From positions 1 to 54,533 of IMG/VR virus record IMGVR_UViG_3300044648_000041: DNA of 54,533 nucleotides; one strand, written 5' to 3'. The DNA comes from a virus (lineage: Duplodnaviria > Caudoviricetes). Shown piece after piece: positions 9,101 to 17,773 of this stretch (its first letter is position 1; each line of letters starts with the position of its first letter). Position numbers and translations under genes: made by a program. A model generated the notes under the pieces. That model was given only the letters and a program-made list of their open reading frames with translations, was not told the origin of the DNA and did no database searches.

Positions 9101-10807
9101 GTTCACTTCAGGCGTGAACCGCCCCGCCTTGTTCATTTGTTCCAGTATCGTGTCGTGTACTTTCTGAACGTCGGCTTGGTACTCTTCTGACGCGGCGGCG
9201 TCCGCCATGAGTTTTTCGGCGTCTTTGGTCATGCCGTCTTTTTGCGTCTTGTAAAACTCTTGCGCTTCGGTGTATGTCATGCCTTCAGGGGACGCGCGCA
9301 AGTGGTTGAGTAATCCTTTTTCCGCGTCGGTGCCCACTACGTAGGTGGCGTAGTCCGCAAGCGATATGCGTACTTCGCCGTTCGTCTTCATGGCTTCGCC
9401 TAGCTGTTGCACGACTTCCGGCATTTTCCGCATCAGTTCATCTTCGGTAATTCCGGACTGGTTGAAAACATCATTCAACACCTTGCCGTCCACGTACACG
9501 TCCGACAAGTTGCCGTCTTCGGCCATGGTTTCCATGAAGTCATGGAAGGCTTGCGGGTCGCGTTCTTTCAACGGGTGCGTAGCTGCCATCGTCCCTAGCT
9601 GTTGGATAGCTAGGTGGTGTTCTTCCGCGCGTTGTGCCTGTTGCAATTCCAGTACCGATTTACGTTGTAATGATTCAATGCCCTTGGCTACTACCTTCGC
9701 GCCGCCTACCTGAATGGACCCACCTACAGCGGTGGCCACCAGGGTTTCCAGTGCGGCTTCGGGGCGTTCGGCTATGTACTCGCTAAACGGCTTTTCAGGG
9801 TTCAGGGTCGCCCACTTGTCCAAGTCTTGAAGGTGGGTGGCTACTTGTTCCCCTACCCCTTCGCGTATCAAGAATTCTTTTGCGGTCCGGACCAATCCGG
9901 TTTTACCCGTCAGGTTCTTCAATAGGTTCCCCATTGGGAAGAGTTCGGTACCGTACTCGATTAAACCTTGTTTGGTGGCGTGGACCAGGGCGGCGTCCAG
10001 CGGTAGCCCCTTGTCCGTGGCTTCGCCCAGTGCGTTACCCGCTGTAATGCCCGACAACCCCGCCAGGACGGGCGTAGGCGAGCCGGTGGCCACCGATAGG
10101 GGTAACATCATGAGCGTGGTAGCTGCGGACTGTACGCCGCTGTACACGCCGCGTTCGATGGCGCCCATGCCCGACATATTCGGGGCAACGTCCCGCGCCA
10201 TGCCTAGCTGCCGGTTGCGGAAGTCCGCCGCCGAGCCGCGCATCATTTCGCCCACGTCCGGCAAGCCGGTAGCGTCCGCCAGTGGCTTGGTTACGTTGAC
10301 CGATAGTATGGAACTCGCCGCCTGTACGAACGACCATATAGCCGCGTTCGCCGTTGGGAAAGCCGCCGCTGCGGAACCGGCTAGGTTCTTGCCTACACCC
10401 AGTACGCTATCCGTTACGGACGGCAACCCCCGGGCGGTGTTTTCAATCTCGCCGAGCGTGAGCATGTCCTTACCGGCCACCGCTGCGTTATCGGGGTTCT
10501 GTGCCCACTTCGCCAGGCCGGGGTACTTCGTCATAATCTCTTGCGCTTTCGCGTTCTTCAAGAACGCTTGTTCTTCGGCTTGTGCCGTGGGCGGGAGTAT
10601 GGCGGCGGGTACCCCTAGCTGCCCGCTGAGTTTGCGCCGCTTTGCTTCTTCCATTGGGTTCGCGCTAGCTGCGCGTTGGATGGACGAGCCGAGCGTATCC
10701 AGTTCGGTATTAGCCGGGGCGGTTACGGGTGGCAGTGGTGCGGGGGGTAGTCCTTTGCGCTGGTTGTCGATGCTGTCCAGTATCTTTTCGTAGTCGTATT
10801 GTGGCAA
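3176..10807 (-). CDS. Giant internal virion / DNA ejection protein (gp16/Bbp10-like position) with polyvalent cargo domains: GNAT, two ART-like, HExxH metallopeptidase
   Basis: 2543 aa; last of the ejection genes before the tailspikes; motifs RGKGSARKAM..FYESLGF, FHGTPH..GEGAQAFGWGWY, HEGGH, IYRAV..GDWVT, HEQWAQSFERY. Confidence 0.85.
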   Translation of the reverse strand: MPQYDYEKILDSIDNQRKGLPPAPLPPVTAPANTELDTLGSSIQRAASANPMEEAKRRKLSGQLGVPAAILPPTAQAEEQAFLKNAKAQEIMTKYPGLAKWAQNPDNAAVAGKDMLTLGEIENTARGLPSVTDSVLGVGKNLAGSAAAAFPTANAAIWSFVQAASSILSVNVTKPLADATGLPDVGEMMRGSAADFRNRQLGMARDVAPNMSGMGAIERGVYSGVQSAATTLMMLPLSVATGSPTPVLAGLSGITAGNALGEATDKGLPLDAALVHATKQGLIEYGTELFPMGNLLKNLTGKTGLVRTAKEFLIREGVGEQVATHLQDLDKWATLNPEKPFSEYIAERPEAALETLVATAVGGSIQVGGAKVVAKGIESLQRKSVLELQQAQRAEEHHLAIQQLGTMAATHPLKERDPQAFHDFMETMAEDGNLSDVYVDGKVLNDVFNQSGITEDELMRKMPEVVQQLGEAMKTNGEVRISLADYATYVVGTDAEKGLLNHLRASPEGMTYTEAQEFYKTQKDGMTKDAEKLMADAAASEEYQADVQKVHDTILEQMNKAGRFTPEVNAAYAVPFREFYAVNAAKMGMTPSQLYEQLPLNFAPMNAGNILNQGEDAFDFSASNEGNVPKPDVKVGDTTIQYGFDFTGEKLKIYSVRTPQAKRGKGSARKAMEQFLQQADREGKTVYLDASALDKKTSTAKLVKFYESLGFVLTGKRANALGEPEMKREPQVLNQSVFHGTPHVWAPEPGFPHGRPRLDKMGTGEGAQAFGWGWYSAENQGVADDYRKTLSGPHNRSLDADVNTSVVIEDMSGDGDWRVALRSPTRMIGSAVMATESLTNADFESAQEAYEYAKKQGWINSTDKHAFAMMGDEDRLQPIDSLDNASGQIVVYDPGTLYTLDIPDSVLPRLLDWDKPLSEQTPEVREALEQFKARLKGKRVLDKYLESINLEWNELTGADLYNEILDRRAPNDNVIYGISPEIDAALDEGHDNKAAALYLNSLGIVGNRYLDGGSRVDGKGTYNYVLWDQATIDKVALIERNGEKLDAMRELAQGNRAGYNPDTFTISLLKGADLSSTLHEGGHFYLEALADLASRPEAPQQIKDDFRKTLDWFGITGNENLEAGTRGGDLGQSPNVISLQKRLKAADAKIMNSQYGTPERDVAEKEAAKIRAELSKLTGDPYGETKKAKIQRPPTDALDAEYTTPDEIPNNVWDWVSNNTSLLYGDASDAVRLWRIVDTLQDERYPDDDITIYRAVSEGGEIRPGDWVTVDYRYAEEHLRKSLNGRGQILEETVNGRDVLSSPTGDAEEAIYAPRVLSGPRNTLNQGGDPGTPGELPPGRTPEEVWRSMSLDQKRPYHEQWAQSFERYMLEGKAPTTELQPVFARFRAWMLNVYRSLEKFLQQNPLAGKLNDEVRGIFDRLLAAEDNIRAAESVRSYAPIFENAEEAGITPKQFQDYLDLGEQATQQAIDDMSSRSLRDMKWLSNAKEKVIKELQNEAKAKRKAVEEEVHREVMAEPIELARTFLKTGETTDPETGDLIKAEAGFKLDSKAVAELFPASGLVTFDKDKLRGMTSTEGLSPELAAQMFGFPSGEALILELTTGETAKEKIQGITDQRMLERHGEMASEEDIQRAAEAAIHNEARARFMATGLKILSKSPLPVNQISKAAKAAAENTIASRKVRDLRPSQYQRAEAQANKEAMKLAGKDPQGAVHAQRAALLNNRLAKAAAEATKEVEKALRYVAKFQNKGTRDGLDPEYLEQIDDLLRPFEFKKGTSLKQIDKRQSLADWVSEQEALGFEPAIDPSKLDEAKLKSYKNMTMEELRGFVDSIKQVEHLGRLKKKLLTAKDQREFDAIVLEGLQSIEDNANRTVEEKATPTDAIGIAGKWWRQMTADHRKFSSIMREMDGGKNNGFMFNYFLKTMNEAGDNETQMKAEATEALAKLFSQIKKDPVPGNIYAKKRLVPGTNLSMSHEQRIMFAMNWGNEGNRQRLLDGGITGNRALSLPQAEAVLDTLTKEEWDFVQGVWDYIATYKDRVASLEKRLTGIEPQWIEPAPVQTKYGTYRGGYFPVKYDTELSSRSESFEAATDLRMGMKGAFNASATRNGFTKARAEAVINRPILLSYNAVAQHVSEVTHRLAWQEWLVDANRLLKALDNPIRQHYGAEILRTLRDTVVDIAAGDAPAKNGTETAINRLRVGSTVVGMGWRVTTALLQPSGLAQSWVRVGGKYIARGVKQFMKSPLTSGEFVNSKSKLMTDRGRTMQREINEVLNTIRAGDKVSAFKASYFTMIGKMQRMVDIPTWLGAYERATDELKLQDATTADERARIEEQAAALADQAVLDSQSGGQLKDLAKVQRGSPLQKIFTNFYSYFSATYNLNVEAVRRTNFKSPSQVAMLATDMLLLNTVPIVFSVALKELLKGGCGDDLECLGEKLASEQLNFLFGQMVLLREAGVAIDVAAGGQGFGYQGPAGLRFFADLYKLGAQTNQGEADIAFFKAANQVAGAILHYPAGQINATMEGIIAIEEGKVEGVNVLTALIAGPPKK

Positions 10808-10817
10808 GGTTCACCCC

Positions 10818-10997
10818 TTATTTTATGTCGGCCTGTTCGGCCATCTTTTCGTAATACCAAATATGGACCAGCGGGTAGTTACGTATACTTCCGTCTTCGA
10901 ACACTACTGCGAGCGTTGACCCTTCCTGGTAGAACGCGGCCACGCCTTCTACAACCAGCTTACACGTACTATCTTTAGGGCTTATGCGTAGTCTCAT
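10818..10997 (-). CDS. Small hypothetical protein (59 aa)
   Basis: ATGA overlap with upstream stop; MRLRISPKDSTCKLVVEG...; fills the gap exactly. Confidence 0.65.
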   Translation of the reverse strand: MRLRISPKDSTCKLVVEGVAAFYQEGSTLAVVFEDGSIRNYPLVHIWYYEKMAEQADIK

Positions 10998-12757
10998 CGT
11001 GGTATTTGTTTTGATAATTCGCTTTCGCCGCTCTGTAACTGTAGGTAGGCTTGTATCGCTTCCGCGTCGGTTGGTATTGTACGCTTCTTTAAACGTGCAA
11101 TGTGTTTCATTCCTGTAACGAAACCGTACGCGTCTTCCATTTTAGCAATATCATTGCCGAAAATTCCCTTCACCTGGGAATGGAACGCTGCCGGTACTGC
11201 CTTACGCTCCGGGTTGCGCTCGTAGGCTTCGCGTTCGTTGGCGCCGAAGAACCGCCCCGCTTCGATGTACACTTCGCTACCGGTCCGAAGTAACGCCTTC
11301 TGTTCTTCAAGGGTCGGCTTGCGCTTCTCCACTTCCAAAAATTCCTGTAGCTTGGATTCGACCACGCCCTTATATTGCCGTGTCTTCTGTGTGTCGCCTT
11401 GCGCGCTCGGGGGAACCGAGCTATTGAACAGGTCGCTATCTATTTGGAATTTGGCTACCCCTGCTTGTTGGTTTTTCTGTTCGGCTAGTAACTGCTTCAC
11501 AAGCGGTGCCCCTATCTGCGGCGACATGGCGTAGAGTTCCGCGCGCGACATGCTGGAAAACTCGGGCGATTCCAGCGTGTCCAGGAACTTGGCATACACC
11601 GCCGGGTCGTCTGCTTTCTTCGCCGCTGCGCGGTCGCTCGCTACCCGGTTGAACTCACTCGTGGAACGGGCTTGCCCGCGCAGGTATTCAGCCACTGGTC
11701 CCCGCTGTTCCGGCGTCAGTGCCCGGTACTCGGGACTGTTCAGTATTGCGTTCATCGCCGCGGTATTCGCCCCGCTGGTGGAAAACTTCTCTATTATGGA
11801 ACCCTTCGCGTTCGCGTCCTGTACCTTGACGGCTTGGGTCAACTGTCCATAGATTGATTGCGCTTGCTGGTGGATCCCCGGCGTATCGGCCTTGCTCACG
11901 AGATACGCTTCCACGTCCACGGCGCTTTTACCTGATTGCAACATCTTGAACGCTTCGGTGCCCAGGTCGCGCCCGCGGGCGAAGTCGGTAGCCGGTTTGA
12001 TTTGTCCTTCTATCGCCTTCTGTTGCTGCGGCGTCATAAACTCTTTATTGGCGTCGAAGTAGGATTTTGCGTAACCGGCGTTGTCCGCGTTCAGTGCCGC
12101 AATCACTACCGCCGAATGTACGCCGCCTTCAATCTCCTTTTGTTGTACTGCCCGACTGGTCGGGTCCGTTATGCCGAGCCGGTCCAAACGGTCGGCGGTC
12201 GCCACGTTCGCCTTAATTACGGCGGCTTCTACTGATTTAGGGTTTGACCAGTTGGTAGCCGCCGCGTTTTGGGTGGCTACCATCGTATCTTTGTATACCT
12301 GATCTTCGAAGTTTACCGCCTGAACAATGGCGTGTTGCATCATCCCGGCCTTGAACTGGACCTGTTGCTGTTTGGCGTTCTGTTCGAATAGCAAACGTTG
12401 CTGTGGCGTCAGTTCTTTGGATAGCCCGAGTACCGCGGTATCGAATTTCGATACGTAGCTTTTATGGTAATCCGGTTGCAATACACCGCCGTTCATTACC
12501 CGCTTGTACCCCTGTTCGCCTATGGTGAATTCTTGCTGGTGCGCTTCAAGCTGGTTGAGTGCGTCCTGGACCTTCAGCTTATCAAGCTGGTCCTGCTGGC
12601 GGGCGACCACGTACTGTAGGTTGTTGGCTTGGTTCGCCACCGCGCCGCCTAACCCTTCAAGGGCTTGCCCTACTTGCCCCGGGCGGTAGTTCGCTACGGT
12701 GGTGCTAGGTTGCGCGGCTACGCGGTTGAGTGCGTTGGGATCCGGTAGCTGCGGCAT
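10994..12757 (-). CDS. Internal virion / ejection protein (T7 gp15-like position)
   Basis: 587 aa, helical Ala/Gln-rich; GQALEGLGGAV N-terminal motif; synteny. Confidence 0.75.
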   Translation of the reverse strand: MPQLPDPNALNRVAAQPSTTVANYRPGQVGQALEGLGGAVANQANNLQYVVARQQDQLDKLKVQDALNQLEAHQQEFTIGEQGYKRVMNGGVLQPDYHKSYVSKFDTAVLGLSKELTPQQRLLFEQNAKQQQVQFKAGMMQHAIVQAVNFEDQVYKDTMVATQNAAATNWSNPKSVEAAVIKANVATADRLDRLGITDPTSRAVQQKEIEGGVHSAVVIAALNADNAGYAKSYFDANKEFMTPQQQKAIEGQIKPATDFARGRDLGTEAFKMLQSGKSAVDVEAYLVSKADTPGIHQQAQSIYGQLTQAVKVQDANAKGSIIEKFSTSGANTAAMNAILNSPEYRALTPEQRGPVAEYLRGQARSTSEFNRVASDRAAAKKADDPAVYAKFLDTLESPEFSSMSRAELYAMSPQIGAPLVKQLLAEQKNQQAGVAKFQIDSDLFNSSVPPSAQGDTQKTRQYKGVVESKLQEFLEVEKRKPTLEEQKALLRTGSEVYIEAGRFFGANEREAYERNPERKAVPAAFHSQVKGIFGNDIAKMEDAYGFVTGMKHIARLKKRTIPTDAEAIQAYLQLQSGESELSKQIPR

Positions 12758-13281
12758 TATTTAACCCCCGCCGCGTACCCGCCGTACCCCGACGGTCCGC
12801 TCATGCCGAACCACCCGCCGTTATTAAACCGGCTTGACGCCATAGCCGCGTTACCGGCGCCGGTCAACATGCTAGCAAGTGCGGCAATCTTGGAAGCCGT
12901 CTTCGATTGCTTGCCTTCGAATTCGGTAGCGTGCGCCTGGTTGCGCATCCCGCGTGCGCTTTCCCCGGCGTTGAACATTGCCATGCTCGCGTTCAACTGT
13001 CCTTCCCCGGCAAGCCCGGCGATAAGGCGAAGTACCGTTGGGTCCACTGCCCCGGCACCGGACGCCCCGGCCACGGCTAGCGCGCGCGACTGTAGAAGGT
13101 CCGAGGTTCGTAGCTGTGCTATCGCGTCCCGCTGCCCGGCTGCTTCCGCTTGTCCGGCGTTCTGCCGTAATTGTCCCGCCTGGTACTTGGAAGCGGCGAA
13201 CATTTGTTTGCCCTGTTCCAATGAACCAAAGGCGCTTAAGAGTGAACCGCCTATCGCGGCGGGTGCGGCTAGTTGTGCCAT
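12757..13281 (-). CDS. Internal virion protein (T7 gp14-like)
   Basis: Gly/Ala-rich, AVAGASGAG motif; synteny. Confidence 0.75.
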   Translation of the reverse strand: MAQLAAPAAIGGSLLSAFGSLEQGKQMFAASKYQAGQLRQNAGQAEAAGQRDAIAQLRTSDLLQSRALAVAGASGAGAVDPTVLRLIAGLAGEGQLNASMAMFNAGESARGMRNQAHATEFEGKQSKTASKIAALASMLTGAGNAAMASSRFNNGGWFGMSGPSGYGGYAAGVK

Positions 13282-13628
13282 CGGTAAACTTCCTCCCCGG
13301 CGCTATTAATTTCCACAAACTGGAAACCGAAACGCGCCATTAATCTGCGTGCGCCTTTTTCTTGTGGGTTCGCAACTGCGAAAACTACGTTATATTTTTG
13401 CATAATGTCATATACCATGTAACCGGCTTTCAGTATAGTCTTTTTGTACTTGCGCGCCTCTTCTTTCATTTCCGAAAATGCTACTACATGGTTCCGGTCC
13501 AAGAACACCCCGGCGATACCGACCACCTTACCATCCAGTAACCCGACGACCGCACGTACCGACCGTATCGGCATTTTGCCGTAGAACTCTTCTACGTGCT
13601 TCTGAGTCGCGGGCACCAGTTCTATCAT
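13269..13628 (-). CDS. GNAT-fold virion assembly protein (T7 gp13-like)
   Basis: GKVVGIAG..ARRLMARFGF; ATG 13628 overlaps the nozzle stop. Confidence 0.7.
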   Translation of the reverse strand: MIELVPATQKHVEEFYGKMPIRSVRAVVGLLDGKVVGIAGVFLDRNHVVAFSEMKEEARKYKKTILKAGYMVYDIMQKYNVVFAVANPQEKGARRLMARFGFQFVEINSAGEEVYRWHN

Positions 13629-16291
13629 GAGCGGTTGTTCCCCTTGTCTATGCTCACGACCGCTGCCATGACCGTACAGGGTCGCGGTGCCGCACCCTTC
13701 AGGTACAGCCTTGTGTCGGGGGACTGGAAGGAACCGTTTACCGGGAATGAACCCTGGTCGTAGCCCGACCATATGTAGTCCGCGGCTGTTTCCGTCCCGT
13801 CTTCCATCAATGGCATGTCGTCCAGATTATCCGCGTCTTGCCCGTACTGCAATCCTTGGTAGTGCGTGTTCGCCAGCACCAGGCCGAGCCGGTCTATACG
13901 TTTATTCTGCGTGAGCATGGTAGGACCGAATACCGCAATGCCTATCTTTGATGAGTTAAACCGGGCTTCGTACGGCAACCCAACCACCGCGTAAGTGGTG
14001 GCCGCTGAAAGGGTAATCGTGCCCGCGCCCGACACGGTGTACGTTCCCATGTCCTTGCTGTTCGCCCAAGCTACGACCGATTCGCCTATCAGGTGGCTGA
14101 GTCCGGTTATCGTCGTCGTGGACGCGCCGCTGTACGCCACGAACGAGTCCGCCATTTTGTTAGTGACTCCCCCGACGGCTTCCGTCGTCAGTGCCCATTT
14201 TTCAAGATACCGGACCGTGGACCCGTTTATCGTGCGCGCGACGACGTAGTACACTTCATCTTCTGGTATGCCAGGCAGCGTTACCACGTCTTCTACTAGC
14301 CCGTCCGTTTCCACCGTAACCAGACACTTAACGTCTTCCGCCCGGTCAAATATCAGCACGACTACCACCCCGTCGGAACGGACCAGGTGTACGCGCGTAT
14401 CCGGTCGCCGCTGGATCCCCATCCGTTCTATTCCGGGTAAGCATATTTCGGGATTAATGACAGTGAGTTCATTGGTCGTAAGCGTAGCGGAATCCGTCAC
14501 AACTTCCATGAGCCGTGAACCCGTGCGGTCCATGAACACGCCGCCCGCGTCTATCTTCGCCGGTTCAACGTTACTGGACCCGTAGGTGGTTGATTCACGT
14601 AGGTTGAAGTTTGTCGGTGTGAGCGGTTCTTCAAGGCTTGACGAGCGGCACAGGAATTCCGCACCTTGCGCCCCGAGGGTCAATGTCTGCAAGGGCAACA
14701 GCCAGTTAATTGTATCCACCGGACCGGACCCGATGCTACGGTTAATCGGTCCCGCGTCCCCCAGGTAGTCTTCGTCAAAGTCCGCGAAGCTGTCCACGAC
14801 TGAACCCCATACCTTATCTTTACCCGCCCACCACAACCGGGCACCGAAGAACGTTAGCGCCGAGGGGTACCCGCGGTAGTCCGACCACGAGCCTTCCGAC
14901 CAATCCGCGCTAGCGGTGGTTGAACCGAAGTCCTGCAAGACTATGGCTGTCATCGTCGTGCTGTTGGTATAATCAACGGCTTGGCAAATACCGGTTATAG
15001 AACCGGTAGAGATTGTCAAGACACAAACAGCGGTGCCGGATGTGTACGCTCCGGTTTTGATCCCCAGGCGGTAATATATGATCTGGTTGTCGAAACCGTC
15101 ATCCCACGAGATAGACGTATTGCCGGTCCATACGTTTACATCCGTCCACGAACCGGGTGCGCCGGGGGAACGTTGGAGCGTTATGCTCGCGGACCAGGTG
15201 CCCGAAATGGATACCCCAAAGATTCGGGAATTCTCAATACCCGTTACACGTATGGGGTCTGTGTAAGTATCCGCCGCCGCTATGCTTTTCGTTACTGTTT
15301 GCCCTTGCGAAGATATCTTGAACAAGGCGCCCGCGTGCGAGGTTTTAAAGTATGGCTTGGACGCGACCAGGTTTATACTCCCGCTTAACGCGGACGGTGC
15401 TAGCGTTATCGTGCTGGTGTTGATCGCGCGGAAAGGTCCGGTTTTTGCCACATAGTCAACTATCGACCAGCTATGCGCCGCGCGACGTTCAATTCGCAGT
15501 TGCCGGTGCGAGGTACCGCACGCCAGGAAAATAACATCGCCGGACTGTGCCGAACGAAGGCTATCAAAATGCGAGGTCGTAAGAGTCGTGGTTACTTCCA
15601 TTACCCCGGCGGATTCGATAGTGCAACGCGTAACGTAGTTCGGGTAGTTGTTCCGGGTGAACAAGCGAACGTAGGCTGTTGCTCCTGTTGGTGTGAACGC
15701 TATGGAATGGGTGCCTTTGTATAACTGTGTCTCTTCCACGTACTCTTCGCCGCCGGACGTGCTTCCCACTCTCAACAGTACGGAACCGATTGTTACCGTA
15801 ATACGCAAGGCGTGTTCGATGTTGCGGCTACCGAGCGGGACCGATACGGCTTGTTCGCGTATCGCCGCGTTCGTGCCGTTACCCGTTAGAATCATTTGAC
15901 TACCGCTGCCCCAGGTCGATGCGGTGCCTGTTTCGTCGCTGTCGGTCCAGCTTGACAAGTCGGTAGTAAACGTGCCGTTGGTTATCGCGGTCGTTACGGT
16001 CGGACGCGTTACCAGTGCGTCGTCTATCCATACGCGCATCACGTTATCCGTGAGTTCTATCAGTGCGGTGTCGGTGGTGGAAAATACGAAGGGGATAAAC
16101 CGCGCGGCTAGGTTGCTCTTCGTGGCGCCGATGTACCCGAGTCCCGGGCGTATGCTCATTGGTCCGAGGGTGCGGGGCATCCAGTTACATTGTTCCTGTG
16201 CGGACATGGCGACGCGCTTGATATCCACGCGTGCCAGTGCCAGCGGGCTTACAACCCCGCGGTTGAATGTTAGCTGTACGTCTTCAGCCAA
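13625..16291 (-). CDS. Tail tubular protein B / nozzle (gp12/Bbp13-like)
   Basis: TFNRGVVSP start, AQSGDVIFL, YPSALTFFGARLW, VGLPY, P..VMA end motifs. Confidence 0.88.
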   Translation of the reverse strand: MAEDVQLTFNRGVVSPLALARVDIKRVAMSAQEQCNWMPRTLGPMSIRPGLGYIGATKSNLAARFIPFVFSTTDTALIELTDNVMRVWIDDALVTRPTVTTAITNGTFTTDLSSWTDSDETGTASTWGSGSQMILTGNGTNAAIREQAVSVPLGSRNIEHALRITVTIGSVLLRVGSTSGGEEYVEETQLYKGTHSIAFTPTGATAYVRLFTRNNYPNYVTRCTIESAGVMEVTTTLTTSHFDSLRSAQSGDVIFLACGTSHRQLRIERRAAHSWSIVDYVAKTGPFRAINTSTITLAPSALSGSINLVASKPYFKTSHAGALFKISSQGQTVTKSIAAADTYTDPIRVTGIENSRIFGVSISGTWSASITLQRSPGAPGSWTDVNVWTGNTSISWDDGFDNQIIYYRLGIKTGAYTSGTAVCVLTISTGSITGICQAVDYTNSTTMTAIVLQDFGSTTASADWSEGSWSDYRGYPSALTFFGARLWWAGKDKVWGSVVDSFADFDEDYLGDAGPINRSIGSGPVDTINWLLPLQTLTLGAQGAEFLCRSSSLEEPLTPTNFNLRESTTYGSSNVEPAKIDAGGVFMDRTGSRLMEVVTDSATLTTNELTVINPEICLPGIERMGIQRRPDTRVHLVRSDGVVVVLIFDRAEDVKCLVTVETDGLVEDVVTLPGIPEDEVYYVVARTINGSTVRYLEKWALTTEAVGGVTNKMADSFVAYSGASTTTITGLSHLIGESVVAWANSKDMGTYTVSGAGTITLSAATTYAVVGLPYEARFNSSKIGIAVFGPTMLTQNKRIDRLGLVLANTHYQGLQYGQDADNLDDMPLMEDGTETAADYIWSGYDQGSFPVNGSFQSPDTRLYLKGAAPRPCTVMAAVVSIDKGNNRS

Positions 16292-16919
16292 TTAGGTTAC
16301 TCCGTGAACCGCGGTCGCCCCAACTCCCGCCGCGGCGTGCGCGTCCCCAGTTACCGGCGGGTAAAAATTGGGTGGCACCTTGCACGGCGTCCTTCGCTTG
16401 CGCGTCTTCTTTTGCCGTGTTCAATTGCATCATGATTGAACGCATGTCCAGGTTCGGGCGTATCCGGGCGGCTACCCGGGTGGCGAGGTACAGCGACACG
16501 TACAGGGTGAACGTTTTCGGCCACCGGGAATAATCGTAGCCGTACTCCGCGTGGTTCGACACGTAGCTTATGTATATATCGTCTACGTTAGTGAACCAGT
16601 AACCCGTCTCTTCGACTACTGCCGTCAACGGGTAATTGAAGAACTCGTCCCCGCATAGCTTGGATAACTTCACAAGGTCTGTAGGCTTTTCAAACGCACG
16701 GTTGTAGCCGAAAGCCGGGGTAACACTGGATGTGTAGCTTATCTTAGACGTGCGCAACGCGAATTTCCAGTGCGCGTGTTCCAGGCAGTAATCGCGCGCG
16801 TCCGTCCACACTTGGTCCAGGATACGCCGGGGTTCGGTGTTCTCGCTGGTGGACGCCAGCAACCGTTCCCCGATGTGCCCCAGGGCGTCGTTATAAAGCG
16901 ATAGCTGCGTTGCGGCCAC
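16284..16919 (-). CDS. Tail tubular protein A / adaptor (gp11-like)
   Basis: NDALGHIG, HWKFA, P.DL motifs; synteny. Confidence 0.88.
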   Translation of the reverse strand: MAATQLSLYNDALGHIGERLLASTSENTEPRRILDQVWTDARDYCLEHAHWKFALRTSKISYTSSVTPAFGYNRAFEKPTDLVKLSKLCGDEFFNYPLTAVVEETGYWFTNVDDIYISYVSNHAEYGYDYSRWPKTFTLYVSLYLATRVAARIRPNLDMRSIMMQLNTAKEDAQAKDAVQGATQFLPAGNWGRARRGGSWGDRGSRSNLIG

Positions 16920-17347
16920 TAGCCTACTTCAGCCTGAAACTGCGTGAGCCACCCCAACGCTTCGCCCTTGGTGGCGAACCCGTCCTTGATTACTTCTTTG
17001 TCGCTGTTGCGTTCGACCGACCATTTACGCTTCGGTCCGCGCCATTCCACGTTATGCGAACTGGTGCCCGCCGGTTGCTCGTCGGGTGCGCTTTCCGACA
17101 ATTCGACAAAACGCAAGGGGAAAACTTTAACCCACTGCTTGCCGGTCGATACCACGAATAGTTCCGCGAACCATGCGCCGTCTTCCGACACTACTTCGAT
17201 GCGGTCGCCGGGGCGAAAATTTGAAGCGATGTGTTTCCAGTATTCCGGTACCAAAATGTTCTCGTACGGTGTTCCGTGTTCCGGTGTTGCTGAGTAGATA
17301 TTACGTACATATTCGGCGCCCGTTACACGGTGTTTTGTTATGTGCAT
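16919..17347 (-). CDS. Hypothetical protein
   Basis: 142 aa, GGAG RBS, coupled to the next gene. Confidence 0.75.
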   Translation of the reverse strand: MHITKHRVTGAEYVRNIYSATPEHGTPYENILVPEYWKHIASNFRPGDRIEVVSEDGAWFAELFVVSTGKQWVKVFPLRFVELSESAPDEQPAGTSSHNVEWRGPKRKWSVERNSDKEVIKDGFATKGEALGWLTQFQAEVG

Positions 17348-17366
17348 GTGTCGTTACTCCATCATT

Positions 17367-17394
17367 AAAAAAGCGGACATGTTTCCATGTCCGC
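17367..17394 (-). terminator. Intrinsic terminator after capsid/decoration genes
   Basis: GCGGACATG-GAAA-CATGTCCGC followed by T6. Confidence 0.8.
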
Positions 17395-17428
17395 CAATGG
17401 TAGCACTATCTAGTGAAACATCAATCTG

Positions 17429-17716
17429 TTAATCGCCTGTCGTAGAAGAACCGACCGTGGTACCGAGGTTCAGGTTAACGGCGCCGGGCGCGGTGCTGCT
17501 AACCGTCAGTACTACGTGCGTGGTTGTGATCTGGTCGTCGGTGTCGCGGTAGTACACCAGGTCGCCTACGCGCATTCCACGATCCCCGCCGTCCGAGATA
17601 AAACCGGCGGCGTCCACATCGGTAGCTGCGTCCGTGCCAGAAAGCGACCAGTGTTGTCCGGCGCCGGTCAAGGGCGCTACGGAAATCAAGTTCAAGTTGC
17701 CGGGTACGTATGCCAT
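17429..17716 (-). CDS. Capsid decoration / cement-like protein
   Basis: 95 aa, directly after the capsid gene, strong AAGGAG RBS. Confidence 0.65.
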   Translation of the reverse strand: MAYVPGNLNLISVAPLTGAGQHWSLSGTDAATDVDAAGFISDGGDRGMRVGDLVYYRDTDDQITTTHVVLTVSSTAPGAVNLNLGTTVGSSTTGD

Positions 17717-17773
17717 GTTTGTTACTCCTTTTAATTCGTTTAAACGGGCACCCCTTCCGGGGTACCAGCTAGA

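Noticed and set aside
9837-10793. 318-aa plus-strand ORF and similar long antisense ORFs (e.g. 22739..23356, 32415..33023, 49760..50413, 39530..40267)
   Set aside because: Shadows of well-supported genes on the opposite strand; no motifs or RBS
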